Source: a bacterium (lineage in GTDB: Bacteria; SZUA-182; DTGQ01; JAFGSM01). From it: a stretch of 10,709 bases of DNA. How positions within the stretch are numbered: the first letter of the stretch is position 1; every line of letters begins with the position of its first letter. Below are positions 7,122 to 10,709 of this stretch, in pieces. Below the pieces are notes generated by a model that was not told the origin of the DNA, searched no databases, and saw nothing but the letters and a program-made list of their open reading frames with translations. The stretch covers positions 1-10,709 of the forward strand of contig JBLIRO010000120.1 of assembly GCA_049472335.1 (NCBI GenBank). Reading direction: 5' to 3'. Position numbers and translations under genes: made by a program.

Positions 7122-9377
7122 ATGAATAAATCTATTCAGAATTCAAATTCGGTTGATTTCATTATTAAATCGATCAAGAATCTGCTTTTATTTTTAGCCT
7201 CACAGATCCCTGCGCTTGGGATCGCCATGGCCTGGTGGTCCGGCTTGCTGAAAAATACGATCCTGGCGGCCATATTAGCCTTATTCTATGAATTGCTTGT
7301 ATTAATCTGGAAAAAATTGGGAAAGCCGGTCTGGGAAGAGGTGTGGGAACAAGAACTCAAACCATGGGCTGTCAAGGGATTTGGGAAATGGGCCAAGGTC
7401 ACTCTGCAAAACCTTTTCTCTAAGTTTCATTGCCGTTATAATCGCCAGGTTATCTATGAACACCGTGTTTTTCCCGTGCGAGGGCTGCTAACGCCAGGGC
7501 AGGGCGCCCTTGATCTTGAGCGGGTGTTTATAGAATTGGATATCGCCCCCAGCCATGTATTGCAAATAAGGACCAATCCTACCGAGATGAAAAGCCTGTC
7601 AGGCAGCCAGCCTGTGTGGACATTTCTGTGCCGCTTAAAAAAGCATGATGCATTGGCCTTAGCGATTCTAGGACCACCCGGGTGCGGCAAGACAACCCTT
7701 TTGAAATACCTTGCCTTATCCTTTGCCGCCAGGCGGCACCGCAGGTTCCGTTTACGCTCCTCCACGCCGATCCTCCTGTGTTTACGGGAACATACAAAAA
7801 CCATCATTCAACACTCCCCCTCTCTGGCAGTATTGGCTCAAGACCATTTTTCCGACCAGAAACGGTACCCTGAGCTCAATCCACCCCCTCTCTGGTTTGC
7901 CCGCAAATTAAAGACCGGCAAATGCCTGGTGCTTCTGGACGGCCTGGATGAGGTTTCAGGGGCCGAACAGCGGCACAAGATCGCGAATTGGGTTGACTGC
8001 CAGATTCGCTCATATCCCCAATGCCGGTTTCTTTTAACCGCTCGTCCGCAAGGTTATCAGGATGGCCAGATCTCACAGGCACATGTCCTGGAAGTAATGC
8101 CTTTCACCCATGAACAGGTCAAAGAATTTATATACAATTGGTATCTGGCAACAAAGCTTATAGCTTACGGCAAGGATGACAACGGAGTTCGCCAGGATGC
8201 AAACCATCAGGCTCAGGATTTATTGGACCGCTTACAGGAACGCCCTCACTTGAAGGAGTTGACGGTCAATCCGCTGCTGCTGACCATGATTGCCAATGTC
8301 CATAACTATAGGGGGGCGTTGCCTGAGAGGCGGATTGAGCTGTATGCGGAAATCTGTGATGTGCTGCTCGGCCATTGGCAGAAGGGAAAGGGAATGGAAG
8401 AGCCCCTGACGGCTGCTCAAAAAAGAGAGGTCTTTCAGCCATTGGCAGAAAAGATGATGGAGGACAAAACCCGGACCATCCCCACAAAAGAAGTCGTTGC
8501 CCTAATCACCCCTCATCTCATCCAGATTGGCGTGAACGAACAAAATGTACCGACGTTCTTGAAGGATGAGGAGGCGAGAAGTGGATTGCTATTGGAACAG
8601 GAAACAGGGGTATGGAGTTTTGCCCATCTGACCTTTCAGGAGTATCTCTGCGCCGCGCATTGGGATAAAACAGGCAAGGCCTCGGACTGGGACAACAGCA
8701 AGTGGCAGAAACTGATCATCGATACCTGGTGGCACGAAACGCTGCGCCTGTATGCGGCTCAAACAGATGCCACTATGCTGGTCAATGCCTGTATGGACCT
8801 AAACTCTGATGCTGCCCTGAATTTAGCTGCCAGCATTGCGGGTGAAGCCCTGAAGCTTGATGATTCCCTTCGTAAGATAGCACTCAGCAAGCATAAGGAA
8901 CGGGCTGTGATTCGATTGAGGAAAGAACCACTGACCGTATCGGAGGATGAATTCATAGAGGTATTTAAATTAGATGAAAACCGGCGACCGCTGGAGTATA
9001 TCCGAAATGACTATGAAGATCAAGGCGAAATAGTGATCGATAATGCCACGGGACTAGTGTGGCAGAAGTCGGGATCAGATAATTGGTTGACGTATAAAGA
9101 AGCTCAGATATATATTGAGAGACTGAACAGTGAAGGATTTGCTGGGTTTAACGACTGGAGATTGCCGACGATTCCAGAGTTGATGTCATTGTTGGAACCT
9201 GAAGAGCAATCTAATGGATTGTTTATTTATCCTATTTTTGATAAAAAACAATCATGGTGTTGGGGTTCGGATGAGCGTTCGCCGGAGTCGGCGTGGTTCG
9301 TCTATTTCAACGACGGCGGCAGAGTGTACTGGAGCTACCTCGGCTACGACTATTATGTTCGTGCAGTTCGTTCCTGA
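7122..9377 (+). CDS. DGR target protein: 2 putative TM helices + NACHT NTPase + C-terminal DUF1566 (Lcl C-terminal/CLec-fold) domain
   Basis: Hydrophobic segments at about aa 20-62. Walker A GPPGCGKTT (nt 7671-7697), Walker B CLVLLDGLDEV (from 7923), LLTARP, NPLLLTMIA, FAHLTFQEYL. From ~9033: VIDNATGLVWQKS...GFNDWRLPTIPELMSLL...WCWGS...AWFVYF...YVRAVRS. Confidence 0.9.
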   Translation: MNKSIQNSNSVDFIIKSIKNLLLFLASQIPALGIAMAWWSGLLKNTILAAILALFYELLVLIWKKLGKPVWEEVWEQELKPWAVKGFGKWAKVTLQNLFSKFHCRYNRQVIYEHRVFPVRGLLTPGQGALDLERVFIELDIAPSHVLQIRTNPTEMKSLSGSQPVWTFLCRLKKHDALALAILGPPGCGKTTLLKYLALSFAARRHRRFRLRSSTPILLCLREHTKTIIQHSPSLAVLAQDHFSDQKRYPELNPPPLWFARKLKTGKCLVLLDGLDEVSGAEQRHKIANWVDCQIRSYPQCRFLLTARPQGYQDGQISQAHVLEVMPFTHEQVKEFIYNWYLATKLIAYGKDDNGVRQDANHQAQDLLDRLQERPHLKELTVNPLLLTMIANVHNYRGALPERRIELYAEICDVLLGHWQKGKGMEEPLTAAQKREVFQPLAEKMMEDKTRTIPTKEVVALITPHLIQIGVNEQNVPTFLKDEEARSGLLLEQETGVWSFAHLTFQEYLCAAHWDKTGKASDWDNSKWQKLIIDTWWHETLRLYAAQTDATMLVNACMDLNSDAALNLAASIAGEALKLDDSLRKIALSKHKERAVIRLRKEPLTVSEDEFIEVFKLDENRRPLEYIRNDYEDQGEIVIDNATGLVWQKSGSDNWLTYKEAQIYIERLNSEGFAGFNDWRLPTIPELMSLLEPEEQSNGLFIYPIFDKKQSWCWGSDERSPESAWFVYFNDGGRVYWSYLGYDYYVRAVRS
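9269..9377 (+). repeat. DGR variable repeat (VR)
   Basis: Aligns to 9998-10103. Core 9277-9377 vs 10006-10103 shows 11 substitutions, all at TR adenines, and a 3-nt insertion. Encodes the last ~35 aa of the target. Confidence 0.95.
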
Positions 9378-9427
9378 CAAAGTTGAGTATTTGATTCATT
9401 GATTATTTGATTTTTTTTGAGGGGGGT

Positions 9428-9447
9428 ACAGGGGGCTTGCCCCCTGT
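9428..9447 (+). other. GC-rich hairpin/cruciform downstream of VR (DGR target-recognition element candidate)
   Basis: ACAGGGGG-CTTG-CCCCCTGT: perfect 8-bp stem, 4-nt loop, 50 nt after the VR stop codon. Confidence 0.7.
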
Positions 9448-9479
9448 CGAAAATTTTTTTTAAGTTTTTATAATGGAAT

Positions 9480-9866
9480 ATGGCCCAATACGAACATTTG
9501 CCAATCTATAAAAAGGCATTTGATCTTAATCTGTATTTTGAAAAGATTGTCCGGAATTTTAGCAGGTATCACAAGTATACTTTAGGTACGGAGCTACGAG
9601 AGCGTGTCAGGCAGGTCGTAAAATTAATTATCCGCGCCAATAACAGCCGGGATCATGATAAATTACGGACCTTGTTTGAACTGCGGGAAGAGCTTGAGCA
9701 GTTGAAGCTGACGACCCGCCTGTGCAAAGAGGTTAGGGCCTTTCACAATTTTAATTCATTTCAGATTGCCATAAATCAAGTGATCGATATAAGTAAACAG
9801 AACGAGGGGTGGATCAAAAGCCTTTCCATACATAAAGAGAGATATGGCCAGAATCCAGGCCCTTAA
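9480..9866 (+). CDS. avd: DGR accessory variability determinant (Avd-like four-helix-bundle protein)
   Basis: 128 aa, basic, helical. LPIYKKAFDL...FSRYHKYTLGTELR...ISKQNEGWIKS pattern. Sits between VR and TR/RT. Confidence 0.88.
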   Translation: MAQYEHLPIYKKAFDLNLYFEKIVRNFSRYHKYTLGTELRERVRQVVKLIIRANNSRDHDKLRTLFELREELEQLKLTTRLCKEVRAFHNFNSFQIAINQVIDISKQNEGWIKSLSIHKERYGQNPGP

Positions 9867-9997
9867 TGAGTCCGGAGCGTGCCTATTAGATCATTGTGCG
9901 TCCTTTCCGCCCACGTGGCATAGAAATTCAGGCAATCATACCATCAGCATGACGGATTGATCGCCGGTGGCTCCTTCTTTCAGGAGATAAAGTGAAG

Positions 9998-10103
9998 GGA
10001 TAAAGGTTCGCCGGAGTCGGCGTGGAACGTCAATTTCAACAACGGCAAAGTGAACTGGAACAACCTCGGCAACAACAATTATGTTCGTGCAGTTCGTTCC
10101 TGA
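9998..10103 (+). ncRNA. DGR template repeat (TR)
   Basis: Intergenic near-copy of VR, with 10 AAC/AAT triplets and one AAA in the target reading frame: TGG AAC GTC AAT TTC AAC AAC GGC AAA GTG AAC TGG AAC AAC CTC GGC AAC AAC AAT TAT GTT CGT GCA GTT CGT TCC TGA. Confidence 0.95.
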
Positions 10104-10105
10104 AA

Positions 10106-10709
10106 ATGATCATGTCCATTTTTTCATATGAAAATATCTACCAGGCATATCTCGATTGTCGAAAGAACAAGCGAAATAAGCCTGATGCACTTCTTTTTGA
10201 GATGAATGCAGAGGAAAACCTCCTTCAACTTCATCAAGAATTGAACGAAAGGACGTTCCACCCCTCAACCTCCACATGTTTTGCCACCAGGAAACCGAAA
10301 CTGAGGGAGATCTTCGCAGCGGATTTCCGGGACCGGATTACGCATCATCTTGCAGTTCGATACCTTGAGAAGATATGGGAGCCTTTATTTATTTATGATA
10401 GCTACGCATCCAGACCTGGGAAAGGAATCCATCTGGCTGCACAACGGCTTCAGAGATTTACACAGGAGGTCACTCATAACGGCAGCCTATCGGCATTTTA
10501 TCTGCAGATGGATGTCAGAAACTTTTTTATGAGCATAAATAAAAATATATTATATGGACTGCTTCGAAAAAAATGTCATAATGAGGAGATTCTCTGGCTT
10601 GTCCACACCCTTATTTTCCATGATCCTACAGAGGATTATCACCTTAAATCTTCCAAAAAGTTATTGAGACGGATTCCACATCAAAAATCGCTCTTCGGAA
10701 CAGAAGCGG
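10106..10709 (+). CDS. DGR reverse transcriptase, N-terminal ~201 aa (runs off right edge)
   Basis: My translation from ATG 10106 (alternative 10112) has no stop: MIMSIFSYENIYQAYLDCRKNKRNK...KPKLREIFAADFRDRITHHL...FIYDSYASRPGKGIH...YLQMDVRNFFMSINKNIL...IPHQKSLF. These are RT N-terminal/fingers motifs plus the first catalytic Asp. The YxDD motif would lie beyond the window. Confidence 0.93.
   Translation, partial: MIMSIFSYENIYQAYLDCRKNKRNKPDALLFEMNAEENLLQLHQELNERTFHPSTSTCFATRKPKLREIFAADFRDRITHHLAVRYLEKIWEPLFIYDSYASRPGKGIHLAAQRLQRFTQEVTHNGSLSAFYLQMDVRNFFMSINKNILYGLLRKKCHNEEILWLVHTLIFHDPTEDYHLKSSKKLLRRIPHQKSLFGTEA

Larger units (their letters stand above)
7122..10709 (+). mobile_element. Diversity-generating retroelement cassette (target/VR - hairpin - avd - TR - RT)
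   Basis: All canonical DGR components are present, co-oriented and in typical order, with adenine-specific TR/VR divergence. Confidence 0.95.

Noticed and set aside
7454..9402. Several short ORFs inside the NACHT gene
   Set aside because: Alternate-frame or antisense ORFs within a well-supported 751-aa gene.
10350..10532. 60-aa ORF in the ORF track
   Set aside because: Out-of-frame shadow inside the reverse transcriptase gene starting at 10106.
10106..10709. Group II intron, retron or CRISPR-associated RT as alternative identity
   Set aside because: The adjacent avd gene and adenine-specific TR/VR pair identify a DGR. No CRISPR array or intron structure is seen in the window.

Overview
Bacterial genomic window. 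The right end (7122-10709, + strand) holds a diversity-generating retroelement (DGR) cassette. In order: a 751-aa target gene (two N-terminal hydrophobic helices, NACHT NTPase, C-terminal DUF1566/CLec-type domain) with a 3' variable repeat (VR, ~9269-9377); a GC-rich hairpin (9428-9447); an Avd-like gene (9480-9866); the template repeat (TR, ~9998-10103); and a DGR-type reverse transcriptase starting at ~10106 that runs off the window and is missing from the ORF track. In the core alignment VR differs from TR by 11 substitutions, all at TR adenines, plus one in-frame 3-nt insertion. The diversified protein is therefore an NLR-like, probably membrane-anchored sensor with a hypervariable ligand-binding tip. 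The left part holds a partial small antitoxin-like ORF, an AAA_14/DUF4143 ATPase, a secreted Gly/Tyr-rich protein with a terminator, a ytfJ(gerW)-DUF2953-small ORF operon, an orphan PIN-domain gene, a consensus sigma70 promoter followed by an unidentified structured RNA candidate (4778-4898), gpsA, and a 5'-truncated second DUF4143 ATPase next to the DGR cassette. All family assignments are from motif recognition by eye, not database searches.
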